A program made the position numbers and the translations under genes. From Vicugna vicugna (lineage: Eukaryota), in contig MU061560.1 in the NCBI GenBank assembly GCA_013265495.1, positions 806,001 to 870,000 on the forward strand: a stretch of 64,000 nt of DNA, in the 5' to 3' direction. Below the pieces are notes generated by a model. It searched no databases and had not been told where the DNA came from. It worked only from the letters and a program-made list of their open reading frames with translations. This document shows, piece after piece, positions 26,401 through 39,904 of the stretch. Position 1 is the stretch's first letter. Every line of letters begins with the position of its first letter.

Positions 26401-27459
26401 CAGAATGGCCATCATTCAAAAGCCCACAAATGACAAATGCTGGAGAGGCTGTGGAGAAAGGGGAACCCTCCTACACTGCTGGTGGGAATGCAGTTTGGTG
26501 CAGCCACTGTGGAAAACAGTATGGAGATTCCTCAAAAGACTAGGAATAGACTTACCATATGACCCAGGAATCCTGCTCGTGGGCATATATCCAGAAGGAA
26601 CCCTACTTCAAAAAGACACCTGCACCCCAATGTTCATAACAGCACTATTTACAATAGGCAAGACATGAAAACAGCCTAAATGTCCATCCACAGATGACTG
26701 GATAAAGAGGATGTGGTATATTTATACAGTGGAATAGTACTCAGCCGTAAAACTGATAAAATAATGCCATTTGCAGCAACATGGATGGCCCTGGAGAATG
26801 TCATTTTAAGTGAAGTAAGCCAGAAGGAGAAGGAAAAATGCCATATGATATCGCTCATATGTGGAATCTCCAAAAAAACAAAAAAACCCAAAAAGAACCA
26901 AATGAATTTATTTAGAAAGCAGAAACAGACTCATAGACATAGAAAACAAACTTATGGTTACCAAGGGGTGGGGAAGGGTGTGGGAAGGGATAAATTGGGA
27001 GTTTGAGATTTGCAGATACTGACTAATATGTATACTGGATGGCCCTGGAGAATGTCATTCTAAGTGAAGTAAGCCAGAAGGAGAAGGAAAAATACCATAT
27101 GAGATCGCTCATATGTGGAATCTCCAAAAAAAAAAAAAAGACAAATGAATTTATTTAGAAAGCAGAAACAGACTCATAGACATAGAAAACAAACTTATGG
27201 TTACCAAGGGGTGGGGAAGGGTGTGGGAAGGGATAAATTGGGAGTTTGAGATTTGCAGATACTGACAAATATGTATAAAATAGATAAACAACAGTTTATA
27301 CTGCATAGCACAGAGCACTATATTCAATATCTTGTAGTAACCTATAATGGAAAAGAATATGAAAGGAATACATAGTTCCTATATGACTGAAGCTTTATGT
27401 TGTACACCAGAAATTGACACAACATTGTAAACTGACTATACTTCAATAAAAATATAAAA
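26401..27459 (+). mobile_element. 5'-truncated camelid L1 with internal tandem duplication
   Basis: ORF2 zinc-knuckle [18 protein letters not shown] (26405-26668); 3'UTR ending actgactatacttcaataaa; segment 26782-27034 repeated at 27036-27277. Confidence 0.92.
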
Positions 27460-28920
27460 GAATGCACATTTTACAATTTTGTGGACCAATTACTTTCCTG
27501 TAGATAATATTAATTTATATTGTAAAAGTGTCAGGATGCCCAGCACTCTCATTGGATGCTATCGTTCTAAGTCTCCTCATTCCCATGGGTGAAAGTTGTT
27601 TTCTTATTTTTATTTCAATTGTAGCCTCCTTATGTTTTTAAGCAATTTGTATGTGTTCTTCAATGATTTGCCTATTATCCTTTGCCCATTTTCCACTGGC
27701 TTATTTGTCTTTTCTTATTAATCTCTTGCAATTATTTGCACTTCAGGGATACCAGCCTTTTGTCTGTTACACGTGTTACAATGTTTTTCTCCTTGTCTGA
27801 CACTAGGTGGCTTTCTTAATAGTGTCTTTCATAATACAAAAGTTTAAACTTTTTGTGTAATCCAATTTGTCAGATTTTTCATTATTAATTCTGAATTTCC
27901 TTTCTTACTTAGGTTCCCTCCAGCATCCAAAAGTTATAGAATATTGTCTAGTTTATATGTATTAATGTTTTAAAAGATATATTGCTCACATTTGCATTTT
28001 AATATTTAGTATCTTTGTATATGTTGAGAGATTAAGAATTCACTTAAAATTCTTTCAAATCATAAATAGTTGTCCTAATGCAACTCATTACATAGCTCAT
28101 CTTCCCCAAATTATTTGTAATGTCAGTTTAATCACATATTGTATTTCCACATATATCTAAATTTATCTATTTCTATACTAGTGTTTTAATTAATAGTAGA
28201 TTAAATATTTTTCATATTTAGTGGGACAGGTACCTATTTGTTATTCTTCTTTATAAAAAATTTCTCAGCAATTCATTCATATTTGTTTTGTCATTCCCTA
28301 TCTGGACCCCTTTTTAAGTTTCAAGATCCGGCTTTGATATTTTAATGAGAATTTCAGTGTGTCTATGAATCTGTTCGGGTGGGATTAACGTCTTAAGACA
28401 TTCTGTCTTCTGACTGTGACTCATGGGTCGTCTCTTCACTTGTTTAGCTTTTCCGTTCTGTCCTGTGATGGAATTTTACTCACGGAGCTCTTCTGCTTCT
28501 CTTTCTAAGTTTCTTTCTAGGTATTTCGTAGTTTTTGCCACAGTTGTAAATAATACATTTGTCTTATTGTATTTTCTAACTGGTTATTTTCACATATAGA
28601 AAAGCTATTGATTTTTGTTTATATTTCTTGTGTACAAAAATCTAATTTAATTCTTAATACGTATCTGAGTTGAATCTTTCATATTTTGGGGCTATTTAAT
28701 CAGATTACATGGAATAATGATGATTTTGCCTTTTCCAATATTTATGCAGTTTATTTCACTTTGCCTGTTACATGAGTTTGAACCTCAAAACAATGTTGAA
28801 TAATATAGTGACAGTGGACCTCCCTGTCTAATTCCTGATTGTAATAAAACTGTGTTTCATTGTTCACCAATTAGTCTGTTCGTGGTTGGTTTTTGAAAAA
28901 TACTCCTCATTAAAAGATTT
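27460..28920 (-). mobile_element. Ancient L1M (L1ME-like) ORF2 relic
   Basis: T-rich degenerate ORF2 antisense motifs: 'cctttgcccatttt', 'gctattgatttttgtttatat', 'aaaacaatgttgaataatatagtgacagtggac'. Confidence 0.65.
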
Positions 28921-30189
28921 TGTTTTGATTTGGAGGAAACAGTGACGTGGGAGAAAAATGAATTAATTGGTGTGAACATTATCAGCAATAACCCTTTGGA
29001 AGATAAGGATCCAAATAACTGAACCAGGGGGATATACTGGAATCTCAACCACACCAAAGGGAAATACTTATTTAATTAAGCCCCAAATTATTGCAGCAAA
29101 GCAAGGTGCTCACAGTCTCTACAGAGCAGAAATCTGGGACAGAGGAAGCATGGATGGTGGGTCTGAACACCTCAAAAATTATTTTCTCTCAATGTCTCTT
29201 AAATTTGTACCTCACCAATTTAATTCTGGAACAAAGCTAGTTCATAATCAGAATATATATTCATGTGACATTCTTTAATTAACAGGGAAACAAAACAAAA
29301 ACAATGAAAATAACCTAGAAAAACAATGAATAAGAACAAAACAAAACTCGCTAAAATTTGTCTGTGTGCTGTAATGATTCTCTGCATCGCTTCAGTGTTA
29401 TAGAGAATTTTCCTAATCTCTATGTTTGTGTCTTCTTGATTTAGTTTTGTTCTCTGATTTTGCCTTTGTGTACTCCTTTCTCTCTGCCCCACTCTCTTAT
29501 TTTCAGGGTATGCCTGTGTGCACACCTGTATCTCATGGTGGGGAAGATTCATGTGTCTGTCTGTCTCATTGTATCTCTGGGTCTTTCTGTTACTGACTTT
29601 TGATCATTTTCTGTTTTTTTCTCCCTCTTCTTTTGTCTCTTCCTTGGTAGATGCTACCTGACATTCCTTGGTATCTGTCACAGCCACACCCAAAGGACAA
29701 ACCAAATAACCAATTTAGTAAGTACCCTACAGTACATTCAGCAGGTGGAAAGTAAACCCAACCAAAATATGGTATTTATAAGTCCTCAGGCAGCCCTCCC
29801 CTTGATAACCACAGATCTTTTATGCTATTTTCGTTACTCCTTTAGGAAACAACCTTATCTGTTGCTTTCACAAAGTATGAATGCATTGGTAATTTATTAA
29901 CAGAGAGATTCAGGGCAAAGAACACTTTATCAACCTGCTTTCTCTGGAAATAGAATTAGAATCAACAGTTAGTGATGGGTGGAACAAATGAATAGTCCTG
30001 AGTCAGGCTGCCCAGAGCTCAACAGGTAACCCTGAGGGGAGGACTTGGAAATCTCAGAACTTCACATTTTTTTTTTTTAGAGCTCTGACACACCAGAGAC
30101 TTCTCTTTTAGTCTGAAATCAAAGCCAAATAGCTTAGTATAATAGATTATGGTAGAAGCTTATATCCATTCACTGAACTTGCATTTCAT

Positions 30190-31350
30190 CCTCCTCTTTT
30201 GGGCAGAGGTTGGAAAACTATCAACATTTCCTGACTCACTTGAAGCTGTGGGGTCCAGATGTGAGTCAGGTCTTGCCAGTTAGATGCACTGGGACAGGAC
30301 GAGGAGGCAGAAGCAGAGAAGGCTGTCTTCCTGACAAGCACACTCTGGCTGAAGGTTGGTGGGGGATGTGGGAGCCTTTCAGGGTTGTGGCAGCAACAGC
30401 AGGAGTAGAAGCTTCGAAACTCCGAAATAGCGAACAGGTGTGATTTGCCATGGTAGTGGCCACCTGACTTCAGGTTGAACACATATATCTGCATGCCCAG
30501 AACAGTCCTGATTTAAGCCCATTATGCCAGTGTACTTGTTAATAGAGCCCCACTCACTCTAAAAAATGCTTCTGGTTTAGAGAGTAAAAGTAGTAATCCT
30601 ACCTCCAATTCTCCAGTTCTTGCAGTGAGACTTTGTAAACTCCTGGGCACATATCCAGAGGGAAGCCTAATTCAGAAAGACACCTGCACCCCAGTGTTCA
30701 TAGCAGCACTGTTTACAATAGCCAGACATGGAAACAGCCTAAATGTCCATCAACATGACTAGATAAAGAAGTTGTGGTGTATTTATACAATGGAATACTA
30801 CTCAGCCATAAAAAATGATAAACTAACACCATTTGCAGCAACATGGATGGACCTGGAGAATGTCATTCTAAGTGAAGTAAGCCAGAAAGAGAGAGAAAAA
30901 TGCCGTATGATATCACTCATATGTGGAATCTAAAAAAAATAAAGACAAATGAACTTATTTAGAAAACAGAAACAGACTCACAGACATAGAATACAGACTT
31001 ATGGTTGCCAGAGGGGAGGGGGTGGGAAGAGATAAACTGGGAGTTCGAGATTTGCAGGTATTAACTGGTATATTTAAAATAAATAAGCAAGTTTACACTG
31101 TATAGCACAGGGAAATATATTCAATATCTTGTAGTAGCTCACAGTGAAAAAGAATATGAAAACGAATATATGTATGTTCATGTATGACTGAAGCATTGTG
31201 CTGTACACCAGAAATTGACAACATTAAACTGACTATACCTCAATTAAAAAAAAAAAACGACTTTGTGAATACCTAATTACCTTTATTTAAATTTCTTCTG
31301 TTTGAAACACCTAGAGTGGTTACTGCTTCCTTTATTGAACCTTGACTGAT
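30190..31350 (+). mobile_element. Old ERVL LTR (LTR16/33-like) carrying a MER94-like element (~30471-30602) and an L1
   Basis: LTR-like 'tttcctgactcacttgaagct...ccagttagatgcac' and end 'ctagagtggttactgcttcc...gaaccttgactgat'; MER94-like 'cagaacagtcctgattta...cactctaaaaaatgcttctggttt'. Confidence 0.5.
30640..31257 (+). mobile_element. 5'-truncated camelid L1
   Basis: ORF2 end, 3'UTR and poly(A). TSD gactttgtaaa / gactttgtgaa. Confidence 0.9.
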
Positions 31351-31925
31351 GTCAATGATAAAGCTAATTAGTGGCCATAAAGACAGATTTTATTCAGTAA
31401 TAACTACTGCAGTAGGGGAGAGAACCCAGTGTAACCGGAGCTCAAGTCTGCTGAAGTAAAAGGCAGGAGAACTTTCAGATACTGAGATAGGCTAAAGGAA
31501 AGACACTTAAGAGTAAGAAAGAGGCATTTGGGCCATGAAACTAGGCTATCAGGTTAATTGATGCTTATCTAGAGGAGAAACAAACTTCCAGTATATTTAT
31601 GACAGGGAGTGGCTGTGCAATTTGGAGCTCGGTATCCACCGAAGTTAGACCCTTCTTCTCCCATGGAGACAGAGAGCCAGGGTGACCGCTATATCCTTTG
31701 TATCCCTGAATGTATTTCAAAGAGATGGCTCCCAGATCCTTCAGGAGACAGATCTGGGTGGTAGGAGATTTACATCTTAAAGGAACAGAGAAAGGATTTA
31801 TAATTGCAAGTTTTCTCCAAGAAGCATTTTAAGAGGGGACAGATGTCATCCCAAGGACATGGCCTTAAGCTGCCAGAGGCCATGCTTCTAGAGTTTGGTC
31901 AGGAAGAGAGTCTTCACCACTGATA
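31350..31925 (-). mobile_element. ERV1-type LTR (MER31/MER110-like)
   Basis: 'gattttattcagtaataactactgcagtaggggagaga', 'ttcaaagagatggctcccagatcctt'. Confidence 0.55.
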
Positions 31926-33164
31926 TACATGGGGTCATGGGATTTTGCTGAAATTACTTTCGAAATGACATTCAATGCCCGTAAATCGTGTTGCATAGAC
32001 TTTGACTTCAGTACTAACCTTTTTTTTTGAAAATGACCCCAAGAGGATTAGTGTGGCCCCATCTCTAAGATTAACAGGAACCTGGAATGGGGAGCTTTGG
32101 GTGCACATTTATAAATATGCAATAAAACATTTTTTTTCCTACTGCTTGTGTGTGTTTTTAAAAGATACTTACTTTGATATTTATTAATTCCTATCCCTCG
32201 ATTCCAAACAGGCAGAGAAGAAGCAAAGGAAGACTAAAATATTATAACTTGTAAATACAAGGGATCTATTTTGTTGCCTTGAACACTGAAAAGGAACCTA
32301 GATGCACTCCTATCCCCGTGACTGAGCTGCCACATCCAGCTTCCCAGCACTGTCTCTGAGTCTGGCCTCTTGTGGATCGTCTGCATTTCTCATCAAGACA
32401 GTCAATATTTTGGGATCAAGAATTTAGGGGCAAGGTGAAGTTTATTCCAGGCCTCTAAATGATTTCTCATCCATGCAGAGGGAAAAATGTATTTGTTCTC
32501 CAGAAAGAGGCACAAAGCAAAACATTTGATTATACCACTTTGCCTGGCACTTGATTTATCTTACCAGTAAATCTGCTTTTAAAAATAGAAAGCAAATTAT
32601 TATGCCTGAGTGACTTCAGAACCTTCCTATCATTCCAATTTGCACCCGTGTTGCTTCCAAGGAGGGTACTGGGGGGCTGTGGGTGCACGGGAGTAAAGAG
32701 GAGCAAGGAAGGAGCTGAGGAGGATCTAAAGAAATGGGGAGGAGGCGGATGGTGCCAGCACCTCAACAGTTTGAAATTACAGCCTGGATGAATGACTTAC
32801 TGTATTCCCGCAGCTGGACTGAAGCTTGCTTGTCTTGGAAGGAAACCCAAGAAGATTAATTCTTGAGGTAGGAAGTAAAAGATCACATACATTCCAAGGT
32901 GGCTGGACTATTATTTGCCGAGAATATTTTCATAAAAAATTTTGCACATCCACACCCTTTGAAAAAACATGATCTGGAGACAGTGGTATGAAGAAACTAA
33001 AAAATCACGAACGTTTCAAGGTTGAGTATTTTCCTCTTGGTCTTGATTTTATTTGGAGGAGGGGGAAGAAAGAAAGAACTTCGTAAGAACAATTTTGAAC
33101 AAGTCAGTTCAAGATAGAGAATTGCTGGTGAGAACTAAATTATGCACTACTTTAATTTTTTTTT

Positions 33165-33645
33165 AAATTAACCTTGTTTTTTAAAGCAGTTGTAGGTTCA
33201 CAGCAAAACTGAATGGAAAGTACCGAGATTTCCCATATACCCTCCGCCCCCACACAAGCACAGGCTCTCCTATTATAAACATGTTACACCAGAGCGGTAC
33301 GTATGTTGTAATTAACGAACCTACCGTGACACATCATACACGTCACTACCATCCAAAGTCCATAGCTTACATTAGGGCCCACGCTTACTGTTGTATGTTC
33401 TATGGGTTTGGACCAATGTATAATGACATATATCCACCATTATAGTGTCATACAGAGTAGTTCCACTGCCCTAAAAATCCTTTGTGCTCCCCTGTTCATC
33501 TCTCCCTCCCCCATTCCTTGCCAACCACTTACATCGACATCCGCACACTGCTATAAACATCTGTGTGCAGGTTTTGGGTGGACATCAGTTTTCAACTCCT
33601 CTGCGTAAATGCCAAGGAGTGTATTGCTGGGTAATAGGGTGACAG
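33165..33645 (-). mobile_element. L1MC-like 3' end
   Basis: 'agcagttgtaggttcacagcaaaactga...ttacattaggg...tatagtgtcatacagagtagttccactgccctaaaaatcc'. Confidence 0.8.
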
Positions 33646-34124
33646 TAACACTATTTTAATTTTTATAAGATTTTTATTTTAACCATTAACTTCATCTTCC
33701 TGTAGATAAACTTTTACTGTGTTTTCAAGATCCAGAAGCATCACACACTCTGTTTTCCTTTATGCAGTTTGATTTTTGAACTCTTCGTTCTTCTGTGGAA
33801 TGGAATGAAGTGCCCCTGAACCAAAGCATTCTGCTAAGAACTCGGAATGCCTTGTTTTGACTCCCGCTACTGAACTCTGCTTTCGTGTTCAGACTTTAAT
33901 TTCCTTTGAAGACTGCTCCTAAGATCTCAGTGCTTTTCCTGAGTTGCTGGTATGTAAAATTTATTTTCTCACTTGACATGAAGGAATACCTGGGCTTATT
34001 GTTAAGAATTACAGATAACCAAGTAATTTGCAAATATTGTAATTTATATATATGGAATGAGTCAAACTGGCCCTTTAGAGCTGCATGGCTTAGCACCAAA
34101 TGCATTTTCAAACTCTGTTATATC

Positions 34125-34222
34125 TCCTCCCTCCCTCATCCTTTCTTTTTTCCTTCCTCCCTCCCTCCCTTCCTTCCTCCCTCCCTCCCCCCCTCCCTCC
34201 CTCCCTTCCTTCCTTCCTTCCA
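34125..34222. repeat. (CCTC/CCTT)n polypyrimidine tract
   Basis: Read directly from the sequence. Confidence 0.9.
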
Positions 34223-37200
34223 TTCACTTATATATTTAACATTTAAACTATAAGCCAGACTGACAGTAGCTGGAGAGAATGAAGGATAAAGCAGTATGGA
34301 AATATAACTTATAATTCTGTAACCCTTGCTAGGTAAGATAAAGGATGGAGTCCAGAGACAAATGGATAACTCTGAAAAGCAAGTACCATTAGGAAAAATA
34401 TGCTGCTGGAGATACAGCTCCAGGAACTATGGCTGAAAACACTCTCGGGTTGAAAATGGAGACTGTGCCCCTTCCACGATTTTCTTAGCATGATATGAAT
34501 ATTGTGATTGGAACACATTTTCATGTTTAGCAAAAGGTGACACTTCCCTCCCCCCCCATCCCCGCTACCTGAGACTTTGTTCATTACCACTGACTTCATT
34601 TAGTTGTGATCCCTTAAAAGCCAACCCTGAAAAAAAGGACGTGGGTGTAGGTAGTTTACTTGGGTGGATCCTGGGATGCTCAAGGGAAGGGGCTGAGAAG
34701 ATGGGAGTGGGAAGTGAGGAAAGCCACTAGAGGGGGCAGTAAATGTGGCGGGCTACCTACGTAGGCAATGGCGTTCAGTCCAGCTGGCGACACTCTGTAG
34801 CTTAACATTATCTTACGGAGGGACAGGAAGTTGGGGTATCATTGCCTTCCCTTTTTGTTGACAGTTCCTCCTTGTGTTGAATCCGTAGCCCTTCCAGAAA
34901 GCCCACAAGTATGGATGGAAAGAGCCTCATTTTTAGGAGATTTGCATCATAACAGCAAGAATGTGGAAGTATAAAATGCACATTGAAGCAGAATAAGGTT
35001 AAGCTTTTTGCATGGCCATCTTGTTAGCAGTCTCTCATAGGGCACAGAGATCCTGCAGGTGGGAGAAGTGAATAGGGAAGGGTGTTTGAGATGGGAAGTT
35101 GTCAGTGCACCCAGAAATCATCCATAAGAGCTATAACAACTCAGAGAGGGTACTGAGCGATTATGAGAGAGGGCGGGCAGTGGGGTCTGTGTGGGTTTTA
35201 CAATGTTTAGGTTTTTACTTGGTGAAACGTGAGCTAAATTAAGATTGACATTTCAAAGTCCCCGCTGGTTGCTTTTCGCTGATGCTACATCTACACGTGT
35301 TAGATGGAGTATATACCGTCACATACCGGGACAGTTGTAAAGCTACTTCAGAAGGTCCCCAGTGTGATCAGTCTGGGCAAAGCCAGGTTTTTACCTCCCA
35401 GAGTTTATCATCGTCCTAAGAGCAATGTGCCAGCATATCTCCCCTTTTAGAAACTTTCAGAGAAGCATGCTGTAAAGGTTAGAGAAATTATTCTCTGTAA
35501 AAGTACTTGGGGAATTCTTTACTTATTAAGAACTAAGTAAAAATTCTTTTTAAAAAAATAATGATTCTTTGGCAGTTTCAAAAAGCAGCTAAAAACTACC
35601 TGTTGACATAAACATAGTATTAACGTCTACAAATCATATGGTATGTATATGATATATGTGTATATATATGATATATTTGAATATGTCTTAGTTGGGTAGT
35701 TTTTTTTTTTTAACTTTTAGCATAAAGACACTCACATTTCGTATGGGAGTTTGAAATGTGATTGTTGAAGCTATTATTTCTGTCTGAATGGCCATAAGCT
35801 GTCAACAGGTCACCCAAAAAACCAAGTGTGGGAAGACAAGGTGTAATTCATAGACAAAGAGACAAAGCCGACCGTATAGGGGGCTTTCCTGTAACTCCTG
35901 CGTCAGGATTGACACAATGGTTTTATTATGAGGAGGGACAACAGAAATACAGCCAGATTCCAAGATCTTCATGCATTCAGAGACTGTTCTTTTAAAAATG
36001 AATGGTTTTATGTCAAAAGTCAGGCATTTGTAGGTGTGGACATTTTCTCTTCTGTACATTCTCTTATGCAGTTGCAGAAATTAAGTCACTAGCTAGTCAA
36101 GACCATTGACCATATGTTGTGGTCTGTACCATTAAAAACAGCTCTATAGTATTTAATTTACATATAATATTTGACGTCTGCTCCTGGCACCGTCCATAAC
36201 TGGTGAAAATTATATGGAAGACATGACAAATCTTTCCTGAATAGGATGATGGGAAGGGGAATTTGATTTACCTCACATGTGAAATAATTTATTCTTTTTG
36301 TGCTTATTTAATGTCTGTTTTGTGCATTAGTAAACTGTGAAGACAATAGGTTATGGCACCTTTGTTTGAAGAATTCATAGTCTCTTGGGGGAGACACACA
36401 TGAAATCTTTTAGCATCATATTTCCTGTTGGTGACAAAAACGCATCCCTTTTTAAGCCTCTGGGGTTAGACTCAAGGGAAGAAAGCCTTTGTAATCAATC
36501 TTCTGGATTAGCATTTTAAACTATCTTTTCAGGAAGGTTTAAATCAAAAAGACTATTTTTACAGAGCTTTATTTCTCATCTTAAAAATGAGTGATTGAAC
36601 TGATTGCTATTTTAAGTCCGTATACAGCTGTAATTCTACACTTTAGTATAAATGGGTTAGGGAGTAGGATTGGGGAGAGTGGGGAAAATCTCTCAAGAAG
36701 AGGAAAATGTGGCTTCTAACTTGAAAAACTTTCACAACCTAGTTCCTACACACACGCACATTTCCTCAGACCTTCTGAGACTTTCCTGTGACTGAGTGCA
36801 CAGCTAATAAGTTTTACATTCTTGTCCTTTGAATCATTCATCTGACTGAAACAACTTGAATTCTTCATATTTTAATTTACACCCATTTTATAAATCTGTG
36901 TTACTCAGAAAATCTACACAATCAGATATCGAATTCCGGGAAGAGAGCAGCTGACTTCACTTTATATTTGTCAGATGGAGTGCATTCCTGGTAGGCATAT
37001 GATTAAATAATTTGGGGCAATTTTGCTTTGGATGTAATCAAGGGAACATAAAACTTCTCAGCAGTAGACGAGCTGGAGGCTCCGGCAGCAGCAGACCCCT
37101 GGGAGAGATAAATGTTTTATTTTGTTGGGTTTGGTATGCAGCCTCATTTTGATTATTAGACTTTTTCTTTTTGACTTTTTTTTCCCTACAGCCCCTTTTG

Positions 37201-38091
37201 CAAAGGTAACATTACAGGGGCTTTAAAAACAGCACGGTGAACGGAGAGAAACTGAACACACCACTAAGGGATGGCGATTAGGCCCTAAAATTGCCCTCTG
37301 AGCTGGGCGGTATGTTTACGGCTAACTCCATTCAAATTTGTTCATTTAACCTTGGCATTATTTCAAGTCAAAAAAAACCCTGTTCTCTCTTTCAAAGGAT
37401 ATTGTTAATTTAGGAGATACTTGAGAGATGCCAGTGAGGTAGGATATAAAAACACATGGCGAATTCCCATGTGTCTGTCTGTCCCCTGACACCTGACAGG
37501 GAAATGGCAATCAAAGTCCAACCTGTCACTTGTACAGGGAGCAGAAAGCTATTGGACATCATCTTGGACCCGCACCCAAAGCCCTGGAGCTACTGCAGTT
37601 TGAGTAAGGGTGCTTACGTAAGGGGTGGGAGACAGAGAACGGCTGGGGGATGTAGGGGTTCTCCCTGCCCTTCTGCGTTCAAGGACCTGGAGAATCCTCC
37701 CAGACTGACACATTTGTTTAATACCTTCTACGCGTCTGTGTCAGGTCACTTCACCATATACCTACTGCCGTCTAATTGAGCCCTTTCAGTGGGGCTTGGA
37801 GCTCTCTATAGCCGGGATTGCCCCGAGCCTTACCTGTCTGAGTGCATGGTGACAGGTCCTTTTAACACCGCCACCCAAGCTGCAAGCCCTGAGCCCTGCC
37901 AGGCTCCCCCCACGAGGTCTCACGTGGGTCTGAGAGCACGGCTGCTGCTGTTCCTCTGCCCTGACCCCCGCGTAGGTGGGGGCAGCCCCACTCCTGCGGG
38001 GACTGCTCTCTCTAGGTGTTTCTGCCAAGCAGAGCCGCTGGTCTGACAGCTGCCCCGGGGTCCCTTAGCACCAAGTCAGAATCGAGGGCAG

Positions 38092-38109
38092 TGGCAGCAG
38101 GGGGTGCTG
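38092..38109 (+). promoter_or_regulatory. Candidate CTCF-binding motif in a CpG-enriched unique segment
   Basis: tggcagcagggggtgctg matches the core CCASYAGRKGGCRS with 2 mismatches, one consistent with CpG decay. Confidence 0.4.
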
Positions 38110-39539
38110 TGCGCGGGTGAACGGGATTCAGGGTAGAGCATGGCTTTATGCCCATCTCTGCGCAGCGCTTCTTCGCCCACACCCGAGGCTGCATCGTACC
38201 ACGATTGCACAGCGCCCCCATTCCCTGCCTCGTTCATTATTGCTTCTTTAACTTCTGTTCTTCACTGCTGTCTTCACTGGGGGTCGAAACTAGTGGCTGG
38301 TACATGTCAGGAGACAGAGAGACGGTGCTCCCTTACTCTCTTCATCCTCCCCACCCCTTCCCTCCTTCACACTCCGCTCTTCTCCACCCATCCTTCTTTC
38401 TTTAAACATTAAAAACCCTCGTGCATAGCAGCTCATGCAACATGGATCCACTATTTGCACAGTCAGATGGCCAGACTCTGAAAAGCCCATTTTGAAATCC
38501 GTGGAGACACTGGTTGAAACAGTCCCTGAGCTGCAACCGAAACACAGGGCCGTGTGACTGCAGAGGGTTTTGTCCCTCAATGGTCACATCTCTCCCCAAC
38601 ACATAGGCCTAGAACTTCCCTTGTTTCTAACTCAACTCGCTCCTTCCAGAATAAGTAATTGTCATTAAAAACCATTCTCAAGACCTAACACACAATGATT
38701 CTGAGGAAAAGAGAAATGCAAAGTCTGGAGAGCTATTCTGAATTTTAATACCCACAAGCTCAGTGTTATTTGAAAGTCACTCATGGGCACGGGAACTCAA
38801 ATAGTACCCACAGGACAATGGCTTCTGGCAGGAGAAACTCCCCGGTTTCATGACATTTTTGAAAGAACCAGTGATTCATTATTTTCAGACGTATGACTAA
38901 TTTTTAAATGTTTTTAGTTACGCTCTTCATGCTGTACTGAACAGTGCACATTAATGTACACAAGTTAGCTTGCTCGAATGTCTGAGGCTGCTTCCCCACT
39001 CAGCCCTTCCAAGGTTCATGAAGACTGCTGAGGAAGTCCTTGGTCTCTGGCCACAGCTCTGTTGTCTGTGTTCTACTCTGTGGCGCAAGGTTGAGGCTCC
39101 AAATGCATTCAGACTAGAGAGGCCGAGACCCACTGCAGCTCCCTTCTCTCCATCCTGTGGGAAACTGTTTGCTTTGCAACCGTCTCTCTTCCTCCCACTG
39201 TGGCTTAATGTCCCTGACAAAATATTAAGGCACCAGAAACCCCACTGTTTGATAATAATACAGGATGTAATACTTTACTGGCGCTTTTAACCTTTAAAGC
39301 ACTTTGCTCACTTAATCATATTCTCTGTTGATAATAATCTTATCAGAGGGCTGGGGCTGATGTGACTGATTGGCTTGCCCGTGTGACTGAGCGAGAATTG
39401 CTGAGAGGTACGCCTAGGACGGCCCCCTTTCTGGGTCTCCTAACTCTTTCACTGATGTGATCAGAGGCCTTGATGTAATGACTCTGGTCATGTTTTCATC
39501 ATTTTGGAAAGCCACTTGGAAAAAATTGACAATGGATTT

Positions 39540-39860
39540 TTTATTCATTCACTTTTGCATTCATGCATTCATTCATTCAAAAAATATTGTTAAACACTTA
39601 CTGTTTTGGTCTGTGGATATAGCTGGGGAAGGAAGCAGTCAAAAAGCTCTGTGCTCATGAGCTTATATTTCCAGCAAGCAGGGAGTCCACACACAAAACA
39701 GATCAGCGGGATGTGAACTGTGCACACGGCGGTAAGTTCTAAAGAGTCAGATAAAGCAGGAAGGGGGCTGGCAGTGAGCTACACTTTAGACAAGGTGCCC
39801 AGGGATGGTCTTCCTGAGAACACGGCATTTATGTAACGACACAAAGGAGAAAGACACTTA
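39540..39860 (-). mobile_element. L2 3' relic
   Basis: 'cattcattcattcaaaaaatatt...ctcatgagcttatattt...cttcctgagaa'. Confidence 0.6.
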
Positions 39861-39904
39861 AGTGGTTAGGCTTATGTAATTTATTTTATAGCTTACATTT
39901 TTTG

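Noticed and set aside
34724..34739. CTCF-like ccactagagggggcag
   Set aside because: The spacing deviates from the core consensus, and it sits in what looks like an old LTR relic.
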